This document shows positions 29,340-40,078 of a DNA stretch of 58,623 nucleotides, piece by piece. The position numbers and the translations under genes were made by a program. The DNA comes from Nanobdellota archaeon (GTDB lineage: Archaea; Nanobdellota; Nanobdellia; Parvarchaeales; Parvarchaeaceae), in NCBI GenBank assembly GCA_021810345.1, contig JAJZIX010000005.1, forward strand, positions 1 to 58,623. Direction: 5' to 3'. How positions within the stretch are numbered: position 1 is the stretch's first letter; the number at the start of each line of letters is the position of its first letter. Below the pieces are notes generated by a model. That model saw only the letters and a list, made by a program, of their open reading frames with translations. It was not told the DNA's origin and did not search any database.

Positions 29340-29891
29340 TTATCCCTTTTGTTTCGAAAGAAACAGTTCCGAAATCTTAAACAAGCTGGCAGTATCTAGA
29401 TTGGTATCATCTATGACTAAATCAAAAATCTGCAGGTCATTTCTACTGTCGAATCCGTATAACTTTTTGTATATCATCGTGGTAAGCTTATCTTTGTTTT
29501 TGGTGTAATGCAGCGCTTCTTCAATGCTTGTGCTGTCACGCTTTGCGACCCTTTCGGCTCTGCATTTTAAATCTGCTTTCAAGTATATTTTGATTATTCC
29601 GTCTTTTGGTGTTCTCCATGGCGCAACCCAGCTGTCAAGCATGGCATTCCTAGTCTTATCAAATTCATTTGCTATCATCTTGTCAACTTTTCTGTCGTAT
29701 TCGGGGTGCTCAAGCCTGAATTTTATCGCTTTTAAACCCTCATCTGTCTCCCAGTGCTTAAAATCGTGGTCTGGCAGAGATTCCTTTAGTAGCATTCCTC
29801 CGGGTATGTACTTTAAGTCAAATCTATCCGCAAGCATTTTAGCAAGTGAGGATTTTCCCGAGCCGGTAAGCCCCGATACTATCACTTTCAT
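29340..29891 (-). CDS. cmk: Cytidylate kinase (archaeal type)
   Basis: VSGLTGSGKSS, RAERVAKRD, YKKLYG, FDLVID; adjacent to cbf5. Confidence 0.85.
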   Translation of the reverse strand: MKVIVSGLTGSGKSSLAKMLADRFDLKYIPGGMLLKESLPDHDFKHWETDEGLKAIKFRLEHPEYDRKVDKMIANEFDKTRNAMLDSWVAPWRTPKDGIIKIYLKADLKCRAERVAKRDSTSIEEALHYTKNKDKLTTMIYKKLYGFDSRNDLQIFDLVIDDTNLDTASLFKISELFLSKQKG

Positions 29892-29898
29892 ACCTTTA

Positions 29899-32800
29899 TT
29901 AGATTGGCGTACTATTTATTAATGACTCTGCGCTTTTGTAAATGGCTGGAAGATAACTTAGGTTGTCACAGTAGTTCTGTGCTGATGGATTGATAGAACA
30001 TTCTCCAGTCAAGAAGTATGGGCTCAGCTGTGTGTAGTTTATTTGGTACACATTTATGTTTGTGAGCACTTGGTTGTTTATGCTCAGGTACGAGTTTACC
30101 GGTAAATTGTCGGTATAAAGCAGCTTAAAGCCAGGGACAGTTTCATTAAGCAAATACAGCTTATCAAACAATGTGTTGAGTGTCTCATTTGGCATGAATA
30201 GGACGGAGATTGGATCTCCTCCAAATTGCGGCAATGACATATTTATCTGTAAAGAAGTATATCCTCCGGATAAGTTTTTGTACCCACCTATATGTAACGT
30301 TGCTATCTGGCTGGCATTGAGCATCATTACTCCTCCAGGTATACCTGATGTTGACACTTGCGTACAACCCTTACCATAAACGCACATGTTATCAATTGGC
30401 AGCGGATTCGATTCCTGGTTAGTCAGGGTGTTGTATATCACGCCGTAAGGGTTGCCCTGTTTAAGGGTATTGTTTGTATCGTTGAATGGTATTAGCACCT
30501 CTAATATTAGGTAATTTGTGCCATTACCCGGCTGTCCAGCTATCGGAGCGCTTGGTCCTACTGATCCTACCTGGCCATTTCCAAATGCAACTACATATTT
30601 GTAGCTTTCGTTGCCTAGGTTACCAGTATTCTGCGTGACACTGCTCTCCGGGAATGGGTCAAATTCAGTTGGTTTTAACGCTATTGTGGATATCGCCGAG
30701 AATTTGAGCACTTCACTACCACTTATTATGGCGTAGGTTGGCCGGTGCACGAAATTTAGATAAGTAGAGTAGACATAAGGTGACTCAGATTCGAAGAAAT
30801 ACTTTGCTATCATTGACTGATAGCCATATGCATTGCTTCCATCAGCCACTGCCGTCCTGTTTGCTATCGCTTCCTCCCAGTAGCCGTAATCCCACCAAGA
30901 GATTATTGAGGTGTTCACAGGCGTATTCTGGTTTACCCATTCCAATGTAGGGCCCCATAGTAATAGCCCGCTGCCGCTCTGCTGCGCCACCTTATAAGAA
31001 AGGTTCAAGCTTGTATTTATGTCGTAGGCGGCTATTACTATCCCTATGATTACTACTATTGCCGCTACCAAAATGAACATAGTCTTTTTGTCTTTGAATA
31101 CTCTGCCAGATAATTTGAAGAACTGAGTAAATATGAATACAAGAGCGAATGGCACAAGTATCGCAGCTATCCATTCTGTTGGCTCCAATAGCCTGCTCTC
31201 GACGTTTGATAGAATCAGCGCCAGGACGAAGAAAATGAGTGGCATTATCGCCATCTCTGAGATTTTATTGGTTTCTTCGTGCTTATCGAAGGTGAAGGCC
31301 AGAAGTAGCACCAGCGCAAAGCCTATTGCGCCGTATTTGTAGTGGTTTACTGTTTGGTTGGCGGAAAGAAAAATTATTGTGAGTATTATGGAGACAAAAG
31401 TAAGCGTTAGTATTATCCCCGCTTCTTTCTTTACCACAGGATCTTTCAAATTCATCAGCAGATAAGCAACAGGTATAAATTCCAGTGCAATGAACGTCAA
31501 AAGGAAGGAATAAGCTGCGCTGCCGTAGCTGAATGCGCCCCCGGTCATCAACAATATAAATGGCGTAGCAAGCAGGAATGCTATATACCAGTGTTTAAAT
31601 CTTTTAAGCACAAAGTAAAGCATGAAAACTGCACCGGCTGAAAACAGAAGGAAGTTTATCCCTATAGTATTGTTTCCGCTCCCGAATACGAAGTTATAAT
31701 CCGTGATTCTCTGCAGCAAGTTAAGCTTGGCAAACTCAGCTATTGTAAGCGACACAGGATTTATTGTACCGACTCCAAGAGGGTTTGATACTTCCCCTAT
31801 AAGGTAAGATATTATGTGCTCAAGCCTGTTGAGGCCACTCAACGCAAGGAGTGCGATCGTGACCAGAATTCCGTATATTGTTATCGAGATGCCCTCATTT
31901 ATTAGGGGTATCTTGAGCTTATTGCGGTACTTTTGGTATACAAATAGGTCGAATAGCACTATTACGTAAGCCAAAAACATTGGGTAGTCCTGCCCTGCGT
32001 GGAGAATAGCAGACAGGCCAAAGACCATAAAGCTCATCTTCATCGGCACCCAAAGGCCGAAACCCAGGAAAGCATATAGATCCCCTTTCTTTGCGTGTCC
32101 TAGTATTATCATTAATATGTACACCACAGGTATTACCATTATTATATAGTCGGCGTATCCGGATGCATCCGCTGTCAATCCAGTGGCTATGCCCATAAGT
32201 ATTCCGTACAGAACTTTGGTGCGTAGATCTTTTGATTTGATTGATTTTGTTAGGAAATATAGAGCCAGAAGGGTGAACATAAATCCTATGGCGGTTTTCT
32301 GCGAGAAACCTGCTGTGGATCTGCTTAGAAACGTCAGGAACGCGGGAAGTATAAATGCGCTTATTGTTGCGACCCAGTAATCATCAAACAGCGCAAGACA
32401 TATCAAAAACAGTAGCAGGGCTGATAATGCGGTAACTATTGCAGGTATTAGGATAAACCACGTCATCGGACTAGACCCAGGTACTATCGGATCCAGAGTC
32501 CTGGCCATATACGCGCCAAAGAAAGAAACGACCATCTCGTCGGTCCTGGTCGGATATCCTATAGGCAGGTACTCAAGGTGTTCAATAGTGGGTACATTCC
32601 CGGTGTGGAGGATATTCTGCATCTCGATGTAAAATATATATGGGTCCAGCCCAGTCAGCGAACCTCCCATATTTAGGTAATTGCTTCCGATTAGAGAAGG
32701 ATTGGGAGTAAGCGGATTCAGCAGCGCAGGCACACTGGCAGTGTGGATCATCAACCCTACAATCACCGCTACCAGCAAAAGAACATAAAATAGTATCTTT

Positions 32801-33081
32801 TTCTGGATTAGCCAAATATAAAGAAGGCTGCTGAACTTTTTCACGAAATCAAAATTTATCTCTATTTCTATCTCTCCAGGTGGTTTCTTCCCTAGATCAT
32901 GCTTTGCTTTTTCTATCTCCCGCTTCTCCGCTTCCTCTTTTTCTAGTAATATTTTTTTGCGCTCAAGATCGGATTCCTCAGCTGATAGTACTTTTTTCTC
33001 TGCTGCTATCTCCTCTTTCACATCCTTTTCAGTGGATTTTACCTCATTTTCTACTTTCTTGAACTCGTTGTTCTCAGCCAT
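29899..33081 (-). CDS. aglB: Oligosaccharyltransferase AglB/STT3
   Basis: GLDPY, TIAE, SWWDYGYW; many TM helices. Confidence 0.92.
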   Translation of the reverse strand: MAENNEFKKVENEVKSTEKDVKEEIAAEKKVLSAEESDLERKKILLEKEEAEKREIEKAKHDLGKKPPGEIEIEINFDFVKKFSSLLYIWLIQKKILFYVLLLVAVIVGLMIHTASVPALLNPLTPNPSLIGSNYLNMGGSLTGLDPYIFYIEMQNILHTGNVPTIEHLEYLPIGYPTRTDEMVVSFFGAYMARTLDPIVPGSSPMTWFILIPAIVTALSALLLFLICLALFDDYWVATISAFILPAFLTFLSRSTAGFSQKTAIGFMFTLLALYFLTKSIKSKDLRTKVLYGILMGIATGLTADASGYADYIIMVIPVVYILMIILGHAKKGDLYAFLGFGLWVPMKMSFMVFGLSAILHAGQDYPMFLAYVIVLFDLFVYQKYRNKLKIPLINEGISITIYGILVTIALLALSGLNRLEHIISYLIGEVSNPLGVGTINPVSLTIAEFAKLNLLQRITDYNFVFGSGNNTIGINFLLFSAGAVFMLYFVLKRFKHWYIAFLLATPFILLMTGGAFSYGSAAYSFLLTFIALEFIPVAYLLMNLKDPVVKKEAGIILTLTFVSIILTIIFLSANQTVNHYKYGAIGFALVLLLAFTFDKHEETNKISEMAIMPLIFFVLALILSNVESRLLEPTEWIAAILVPFALVFIFTQFFKLSGRVFKDKKTMFILVAAIVVIIGIVIAAYDINTSLNLSYKVAQQSGSGLLLWGPTLEWVNQNTPVNTSIISWWDYGYWEEAIANRTAVADGSNAYGYQSMIAKYFFESESPYVYSTYLNFVHRPTYAIISGSEVLKFSAISTIALKPTEFDPFPESSVTQNTGNLGNESYKYVVAFGNGQVGSVGPSAPIAGQPGNGTNYLILEVLIPFNDTNNTLKQGNPYGVIYNTLTNQESNPLPIDNMCVYGKGCTQVSTSGIPGGVMMLNASQIATLHIGGYKNLSGGYTSLQINMSLPQFGGDPISVLFMPNETLNTLFDKLYLLNETVPGFKLLYTDNLPVNSYLSINNQVLTNINVYQINYTQLSPYFLTGECSINPSAQNYCDNLSYLPAIYKSAESLINSTPI

Positions 33082-33128
33082 AACATTACATATAACGAAT
33101 TTTTTATGGTTATTAAACCTTTTGTTTC

Positions 33129-33908
33129 CTAAAAATGCTGGGAATCTATATCCCACCGGTCATGTTCCCAAAGCAGGAACTCCGGCTTATTCAAGAACAC
33201 AAAGTGCTTTGGCTGTGAGATGTACTCATCATATAGGCCTTTTGAGGCATCCAAAAACGCCGCCTTCTGTGCTTCCTGATGCGAAACCGAAACGTCTTTA
33301 TAATTCTTGTTTACCACCATATTGTCTTTTCTGAGCAAGTATACGGCACCGCCATGCATATCTTTTATTGATTGGTAATTCGATTCAAATGTGGAGTTTA
33401 CTAAGTTCGCCTCTATAAGAATTCCATTGCCTACGTTTATGGAAATGTGGCCATAATTTGGTGGGAATATGACCTTGTCGCCTTTTTTTGCCTCTACTAA
33501 TATTACTTCATATCCACCGTCCTCATGCTTTTTCTGGAGCAGGTACACAGCTTTCCCGTAAATAACCTCATATATCTCGGGGTAAGCAAGTCCGTTTTCT
33601 GCGATAGGGTGGTAGTGGCCTAGTGTCTTGGTGTATTCCCCCCCAAGATCATAGTCCTCCAGCACTGTGACATCATACCTTATATTGTGCGCATCGAATA
33701 CTGTCTTGTTCTTCTCCACTCCCGCTCCCCGAAACATTCTGTATATGACCGCGTCTCTATTCTTTGCGGTTACAAACTCCGGGTTGAAAAGAACATCCTT
33801 CATGTCACCAACTAGCCTCGTTGAAAAAGGCACCTCGGTACCATCAGAATACAGCTTTTTCTCCTTTTCATCGTACTCTAAATCTACATTCGCGACGTTC
33901 AACTTCAT
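33129..33908 (-). CDS. Cupin-type glucose-6-phosphate isomerase
   Basis: EYTKTLGHYH, YPEIYEV, PPNYGHISIN. Confidence 0.88.
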   Translation of the reverse strand: MKLNVANVDLEYDEKEKKLYSDGTEVPFSTRLVGDMKDVLFNPEFVTAKNRDAVIYRMFRGAGVEKNKTVFDAHNIRYDVTVLEDYDLGGEYTKTLGHYHPIAENGLAYPEIYEVIYGKAVYLLQKKHEDGGYEVILVEAKKGDKVIFPPNYGHISINVGNGILIEANLVNSTFESNYQSIKDMHGGAVYLLRKDNMVVNKNYKDVSVSHQEAQKAAFLDASKGLYDEYISQPKHFVFLNKPEFLLWEHDRWDIDSQHF

Positions 33909-33932
33909 ATGTTTAGGTGTGGTTCATCTTAT

Positions 33933-35504
33933 TTATTCTTTCTTGCGGCTGAATAATTTGAACAGCTTGTCAGCTTTTGCCAGCTTGACTATGAACCCTA
34001 TCTCATGGTTGTTTATTGTTTTTGTTATATACAGCATCCCCGTGTATACTAGTAATCCCAATATCAAGACTGCGGGCAGAAAGTGCAGTTGAACCCTCGG
34101 TAGTACGAAGTAAAGGAAAGCGGACATGACCCCCGCAGCTAGCAGTCCCTTAAGAAAATCAATATATGGGAGCTTTATCTTTATGAATTTTGACAGGAAA
34201 AACAGGTTTGATCCAAGCATCGACAAGCTCACTACCGCGTAGACAACCGCTGCGCCTACTGAGAGCATATATGGTATAACCAGGACGGAAAGAGAGAGTC
34301 CTAGTACGGCCCCTATTATTGTTGAGTACATGTAATACTTTTGCCTTCCAGTCGCGCTCAGGATTGAAGGCACTGGGCCAAAAAGCCCCGCTATAAGCAC
34401 TGGAATGAGCATTATTATGAATGGGATCTCTGCACCAGCGAACGCAGTTTTGTAAAGGTATGCGACCAGGTCCTTTGCCGAAAAGATTGATCCGAAGACC
34501 AGCGGGAAAGTTATGAGCGCGGAGTACTTAAGCAGCTTTTTCTGCAGGGTGTAGAAGACATCGAACTCCTTGTGCTCAAGGTGTTTTGTGATGGACGAGA
34601 AAAAGGCCGAGCCGATCGCAGCAGCGGGTACACCTATAAGCCCCGCCATGATAAGCCCTACTCTGTAAAAGCTAACAAAGGTCAGGTTTGGCGCAACTGC
34701 TCCAAGTATAAACACTATCAAGGGGCCGTAAAACAGCGAGACCAGCGAGCTGGCATAAGAGAAGTTTCTGTATTTTCTTATATGCTTTATCTCCTCCACG
34801 TTTGGTTTTTCTCTGCTTGGTTCTTTTTTGACTAGCCTGTACACGAAGAAGCCGCCCACGCTCGCAACAACAAGGTAGATCACATCATAAAAGGTTATGG
34901 CCCCAAGGAGCCCGAAACCAAGATAAACGACCGCAAGCTGCGCCAGTCTAAGCATATCAAAAAGAACGCCGGTTACGAAGCTGTACTTCATCTTTTGGTA
35001 TCCTATGTATACTTGGTTCTCAAAGCTTTCGCTCAAATTGAATACCACTATTCCTATAGCAAGTATCCGCAGCAGAGGCGCTATCTCAGGAGTATGGTAT
35101 ATAACGCTCAGGGGAGCCGCTGCGGCATACAATCCAACAGAAGCTACCAATGAGCTTATGATCAGCAATATTAGGTTGTGCTCAACTATCCATCTGAGCG
35201 ATTTTCTCTCGTTCTTAGCCCTATACCGAGCTATACCATAAAGCAACGAGCTGTTGAGGCCAAATGCCGACAACCCTGCAGCCAGGCTCCAATACATCGT
35301 TAGTATAGAGTAGACACCATAGTTCTGTGCGCCGAGCAACCTAACAAAAAGGATGCTAAGCAAGAATGCAACGATGAATTTTGAGCCAGAGCGCATAAAC
35401 CCAAAAAGGCTGTTGGATGCGATTGTAGTCTGCTCCTCCTCTATCTGATTGGCCCCTTGGTTGGTGCCTTCCTCTATATTTGTTTGGTCTACGCCGGCTT
35501 CCAT
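33933..35504 (-). CDS. Oligosaccharide flippase (Wzx/MOP superfamily)
   Basis: RLLGAQNYGVYS, many TM helices, near aglB. Confidence 0.85.
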   Translation of the reverse strand: MEAGVDQTNIEEGTNQGANQIEEEQTTIASNSLFGFMRSGSKFIVAFLLSILFVRLLGAQNYGVYSILTMYWSLAAGLSAFGLNSSLLYGIARYRAKNERKSLRWIVEHNLILLIISSLVASVGLYAAAAPLSVIYHTPEIAPLLRILAIGIVVFNLSESFENQVYIGYQKMKYSFVTGVLFDMLRLAQLAVVYLGFGLLGAITFYDVIYLVVASVGGFFVYRLVKKEPSREKPNVEEIKHIRKYRNFSYASSLVSLFYGPLIVFILGAVAPNLTFVSFYRVGLIMAGLIGVPAAAIGSAFFSSITKHLEHKEFDVFYTLQKKLLKYSALITFPLVFGSIFSAKDLVAYLYKTAFAGAEIPFIIMLIPVLIAGLFGPVPSILSATGRQKYYMYSTIIGAVLGLSLSVLVIPYMLSVGAAVVYAVVSLSMLGSNLFFLSKFIKIKLPYIDFLKGLLAAGVMSAFLYFVLPRVQLHFLPAVLILGLLVYTGMLYITKTINNHEIGFIVKLAKADKLFKLFSRKKE

Positions 35505-35735
35505 TATACTCTATACCTTTGATTTTGTTATTTAAAATCATTAAAAATCAGAGTTCATCCAAAATTTGGTTAATATCAAATGCAAGAATCAGCACATTAC
35601 ACCGTCAAATTAACCGCATTTTGCCGTGACATGCAAATTAACGCATAAATAAGGAGAGGAATAAAACAATAATATGCTTATGTCTTGTGCCTGCGAATCG
35701 CATATTAATGGAGGATTTACATCATATACAATTAT

Positions 35736-36089
35736 ATGGTAAACTTATTGTCTGCTACGTTTTTGCTTTTGTTGGGGTCTTTCTCCTTTCCATTTGGTTA
35801 CCTTCTAGGGGTTTACACCGAGGAGGAAATTACGTCGATTTCCCGAGCCGTTAAGTCAGATAAGATATTCGGCTGGTACTTCATAGCCGTTGAAATCCTG
35901 CTTCTTTCTGTCCTTTATGCGGGCTTGCAGGCCTATTTTGTGGTTGCGCTAGCGGCAATCATGCTGATTAATCTGGCTTTATCAGCTTTTTACACCGTCA
36001 TAAAATATGATTTTGTGAGGCTTATCTTGTATCAAATACTTTTCCTTGCCGCGACGATAATTCTGCTTATTGCGATAGAGGTGCTATGA
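35736..36089 (+). CDS. Small membrane protein
   Basis: Four hydrophobic segments; overlaps the ychF-like start. Confidence 0.6.
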   Translation: MVNLLSATFLLLLGSFSFPFGYLLGVYTEEEITSISRAVKSDKIFGWYFIAVEILLLSVLYAGLQAYFVVALAAIMLINLALSAFYTVIKYDFVRLILYQILFLAATIILLIAIEVL

Positions 36090-37225
36090 AAATAGGTGTG
36101 ATAGGTAGAACGAACGTTGGGAAAAGCACTCTTTTTAAGGCGCTGACTTTAGAGGATGTACAGATAGAGGACAGACCGTTCACCACTATTGACCCCAACA
36201 AAGGGATAGGCTATCTGAGGGTCAAGTGCCCGGAATCAGACTTTGGTGTAAAATGCAATCCGCATAATGCCCCATGTTCGGATGGAATCAGGTCGGTGCC
36301 ATTTGATTTGATAGATGTTGCCGGTCTTATAGAGGGAGCAAGCAGTGGAAAGGGCCTTGGAAACAAGTTTCTGAGCGATGCAATGGAAGCAGAAGCATTG
36401 ATAGAGGTTATTGATGTCTCCGGCAAAACCAACTCCTCAGGCCTGCAAACAAGCGGGTACTATCCGGGCGAAGACGTTCGCATGGTGGAAAGCGAGCTTT
36501 TGGCGTGGCTGGATTCTATAATACTCAAGTCAAAGTTTAGGCTTGGCGAGGATATCGCTCTAATCGTATCAAAGAATCTATCCGGGCTGGGGCTGACCTA
36601 TGAGAAGGTAAAAGAGATCATAACAAGGCTCAAGATAACACAGATTAATCCAGAGACTGCGCACAGGATCTCGACAGAGATAATTAGAAAGGCAAAGCCG
36701 ATAGTGGTGGCCTGCAATAAGATGGATTCGGTAGAAAATCTAAAGGAGACAATGGACAGACTTAAAGGAGAATTTAGCTACGAGTTTATACCTTGCTCCG
36801 CTGCCGCAGAGCTCACGCTGAAGGAAGCTGCCAAACACGGCTTTATATCATACAATGGCAAGGAGTTCAAGACTCTAGTTGAGCCGAACGAGCAGCAGAA
36901 AAACGCATTAAGCATAATAAAAAAGATAATAGACAAGCACGGCGGGACCGGCGTGGACGAGCTGCTGAATAAGCTTGTATTTGACGCGATGGGGTATAAG
37001 GTCGTGTTTCCGGTCGAGGACGAAAAGAAACTGACCGATGGCCATGGCCGCATTCTTCCAGATGCGTATCTTGTGCCTGGTGACTATACTCCAAAGGACG
37101 TTGCCGGGCTAATACATTCGGAAATAGCCGACAAGTACAAGGGTGCTATAGACTGCAGGACCAATATGAAGATGAGGAATGATGCGCCGGTATCAAATGG
37201 GCAGGTCATAAAGATAATAGTATGA
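36086..37225 (+). CDS. Obg/YchF-family GTPase with TGS domain
   Basis: GRTNVGKST, PFTTIDPN, DVAGL, GLGNKFL, NKMD. Confidence 0.9.
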   Translation: MKIGVIGRTNVGKSTLFKALTLEDVQIEDRPFTTIDPNKGIGYLRVKCPESDFGVKCNPHNAPCSDGIRSVPFDLIDVAGLIEGASSGKGLGNKFLSDAMEAEALIEVIDVSGKTNSSGLQTSGYYPGEDVRMVESELLAWLDSIILKSKFRLGEDIALIVSKNLSGLGLTYEKVKEIITRLKITQINPETAHRISTEIIRKAKPIVVACNKMDSVENLKETMDRLKGEFSYEFIPCSAAAELTLKEAAKHGFISYNGKEFKTLVEPNEQQKNALSIIKKIIDKHGGTGVDELLNKLVFDAMGYKVVFPVEDEKKLTDGHGRILPDAYLVPGDYTPKDVAGLIHSEIADKYKGAIDCRTNMKMRNDAPVSNGQVIKIIV

Positions 37226-38025
37226 GAAACACAAAAGTCTTCCTTAACAGCGAAAAGGTCTTTAATAAGATAATAGAGGCATCGGACCTTAAAAAAAGCG
37301 ATGTGGTCTTGGAGATAGGAAGCGGGGATGGTAGGTTAACCAGGAGAATTGCACCGCTAGTTTCGAAGGTATACGCCATTGAGCTTGATCTGAATCTTTT
37401 GGATGCATCAAAGGTTTTTCTTGGTGAGTTTAAGAACATAGAGTACATAAACCAGGATATCCTTTCTTTTGAGTTTCCAGATGACGTAAACAAGATAATA
37501 TCAAACCTGCCATACGCAATATCATCTCCGGTTACAGAGAGGATAATAAATTTCTTGGACAATAAGAAAGGCTCCGAAGCAATCTTAATGTATCAGAAGG
37601 AGTTCGGAGAGAGGATGACAGCTATACCCGGCATAAGGGACTATTCAATGCTTTCTGTTTTCGTACAGTACACCTCGGAGCCGGAGCTAGTAATGCACGT
37701 CAGCAAAAGTGACTTTAGACCGAGGCCAGCAGTCGACTCTGTTGTCATAAAACTCAAGCCAAAAAACAGAGGTATAGACCAGAGCTTTTTGTCGTTTGCG
37801 CGGCTGCTTTTTCAGCACAAGAAAAAGAACCTGTATTCGGCGCTTATGGACTCTAGGATGCACTTGAATGTAAAAAATAAAGACGAGTTGAGGGAAAAGA
37901 TGAAAAGCTTGGATGAGAAGCTGCTTAAAACAAAAGTTTTCTTCTTCAACGTCGATGAATTGATGCTTATATACGATGAGGTAAAAAGAGCATCATTATG
38001 GCCAAAGGGAAAGTCAAAATTGTAA
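37222..38025 (+). CDS. ksgA: 16S rRNA adenine dimethyltransferase
   Basis: VLEIGSGDG, SNLPYAIS, YQKEF, FRPRPAVDS. Confidence 0.92.
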   Translation: MRNTKVFLNSEKVFNKIIEASDLKKSDVVLEIGSGDGRLTRRIAPLVSKVYAIELDLNLLDASKVFLGEFKNIEYINQDILSFEFPDDVNKIISNLPYAISSPVTERIINFLDNKKGSEAILMYQKEFGERMTAIPGIRDYSMLSVFVQYTSEPELVMHVSKSDFRPRPAVDSVVIKLKPKNRGIDQSFLSFARLLFQHKKKNLYSALMDSRMHLNVKNKDELREKMKSLDEKLLKTKVFFFNVDELMLIYDEVKRASLWPKGKSKL

Positions 38026-38828
38026 GAAAGAGGCCGCTGTCGAGAGTTTTCAGCTATAAAAAACAGCCGTGGGAGAGGGTAATAGGCCTGAATTACCAGG
38101 GCAGGAGCTCTAGACCCTCACTGAATTTCAGGAGGTTCAGGGATAGGTTTACGCGCAGAGAGCTCTGGAATATAGCAATAGCTTGGGCGGTCCTCGCAGT
38201 TGCATTTGGATACGTTCTTTTCTTAGATATCCGCTCAATACCCTTGGTTTACATGATAGCCGCGTCCGCCATAGTTTTGGGCCCAGCATTCATAATGCAC
38301 GAGCTGATGCACAAATTTGAGGCACAGAAATTCGGCTATCAGGCACAGTTCATGATATGGCCTGCCGGCCTAATTCTTGCTCTGGTCACTGCTTTCTTGG
38401 TAGGATTGCTGTTCGCTGCTCCAGGTGCTACATATTTCCAGCCAGACCCGGAGGAGCCATTCATGGATCCTGAGGGATTTACGCAGCGCTATGGAGTTAT
38501 ATCATTTGCCGGACCTGCAATAAATTTGATCTTCGGTTTTGTGTTCCTCTTGCTTTTCTATCTTTTCATGTTCTTCCTGCCCTACATCGGAGTATCGACG
38601 GTTACTATCTTCGTGGCGCTTGTTTTTGGGTTGGGTACATTCATAAACTTTTACCTAGCTGCATTCAATCTTCTGCCGTTGGGAAACCCAAATTCCATTG
38701 CACTTGATGGTGCAAAAGTATTTAGATGGAACAAGAAGTACTGGGCAGCTTCTTTTGGCGTCTCCGTAACCATCTCCGCATTGATTCTTTTGGGTGTGAT
38801 TCCCGTATTGAAGGTCTTCGGCCTGTGA
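37998..38828 (+). CDS. Site-2 protease (M50)
   Basis: HELMH, AGPAIN, AFNLLP...LDG. Confidence 0.88.
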   Translation: MAKGKVKIVRKRPLSRVFSYKKQPWERVIGLNYQGRSSRPSLNFRRFRDRFTRRELWNIAIAWAVLAVAFGYVLFLDIRSIPLVYMIAASAIVLGPAFIMHELMHKFEAQKFGYQAQFMIWPAGLILALVTAFLVGLLFAAPGATYFQPDPEEPFMDPEGFTQRYGVISFAGPAINLIFGFVFLLLFYLFMFFLPYIGVSTVTIFVALVFGLGTFINFYLAAFNLLPLGNPNSIALDGAKVFRWNKKYWAASFGVSVTISALILLGVIPVLKVFGL

Positions 38829-38862
38829 CCGCGTAACATTTATAATACAGCAGAGAGTATGC

Positions 38863-39570
38863 TTGATTATGGATTCGTACGTATTGAATGAGCAGCCCAA
38901 AAACGCAAGATTTATAATAACCGCATTTCAGACCGCAGGGTACATCTCCCTTCTGGCAGTCAAGTACTTAGAGGAACAGAAAGCAATAAAGGATATAGGT
39001 TATATAAATATCGATTCTATGCAGGAATTTGGCACCGTGATAGACGGCGTTATACAGTCCCCAATAAGGATATTATTGGGAGATTCAGCTCTTTTTGTGA
39101 CATCCCAGTTTCCGCTCCCACAGGCGTCAATAGACAGCATAGTGCAGCAGATCATAGCCCTATCAAAGAAGTTTAAACCGGAATACGTAATAGCGCTAGA
39201 TGGTATAGGCATAGACAGCGCGAAAGACACAAGCCACGTATACTACGCATCCAATGATTCGGAGGCAAAGCTGGAAAAAGTCCAGAAGCTTAAAGAAGGT
39301 GCCATAATAGGGATAAACTCCGAACTATCATTCAAAACAAAGGAGATAAATGTGCCGATGCTCACGCTCATGGCAGAAACCCATTCAAGCATACCAGACG
39401 GTATAGCCGCATCTGCGCTGATATCTGTCCTGGGCCAGATAACCGGTATGAACGTCGATACTTCAAAGCTGGTCTCCGAGTACAAGAAGACTATAAGCAA
39501 AATAAACGAGATATTTAAGAGGGCCCAAAAGCCGGTTTCCCCGAGTGACAAAGAGAACATGTACGGATAA
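38863..39570 (+). CDS. Proteasome assembly chaperone (PAC2 family)
   Basis: ITAFQTAGYISLLA, PIRI, LMAET...PDGIAA. Confidence 0.8.
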   Translation: MIMDSYVLNEQPKNARFIITAFQTAGYISLLAVKYLEEQKAIKDIGYINIDSMQEFGTVIDGVIQSPIRILLGDSALFVTSQFPLPQASIDSIVQQIIALSKKFKPEYVIALDGIGIDSAKDTSHVYYASNDSEAKLEKVQKLKEGAIIGINSELSFKTKEINVPMLTLMAETHSSIPDGIAASALISVLGQITGMNVDTSKLVSEYKKTISKINEIFKRAQKPVSPSDKENMYG

Positions 39571-39575
39571 GGCCT

Positions 39576-40001
39576 TCAGTTAAGTGGTTTTATCAGTGGC
39601 TGCTTCTCGGTCCTTTCGCTTCGTTCATTCAGGTATTTTGATACATTCCCGTCCATGAAAGAAGTAGAATAAGCCGTTATATCGGTTATTTTTACCCATT
39701 TGTATGTCTGGAAAGCTGAAGTGACGTCTGGGTCGCCGGATTCATACTCTATTATATATAAGAAATAGTTGAGCTTCGGGTTTTCGCTAGGAGAGTACTT
39801 AAATACCTTCTCACCCATCGAGTAGTCTATCTTGAATTTGGATAGAAGGTCGCTTATCGCCATCCTCGGGCTGGTATCCTGGTCTATGTCTACGAATGGA
39901 AAAACCCATGTTGCCCTTGGCATCAATTTGTCCTGTTCCTTGAGCTTTACCAAGAGAACGTAGTCGTCCTTTATTACCAAAGCAGATACCCTTCTAGCCA
40001 T
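39576..40001 (-). CDS. Nudix-fold protein with degenerate Nudix box
   Basis: VSALVIKDDYVLLVK...WVFP and YKWV fold pattern; lacks REUxEE. Confidence 0.6.
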   Translation of the reverse strand: MARRVSALVIKDDYVLLVKLKEQDKLMPRATWVFPFVDIDQDTSPRMAISDLLSKFKIDYSMGEKVFKYSPSENPKLNYFLYIIEYESGDPDVTSAFQTYKWVKITDITAYSTSFMDGNVSKYLNERSERTEKQPLIKPLN

Positions 40002-40078
40002 ATTACTTTATGTCTTTCTGTTTATTAAAACTTGATTTTTCTATAATGCTTAAATATTGTGGGGCACAGATATCTAAT

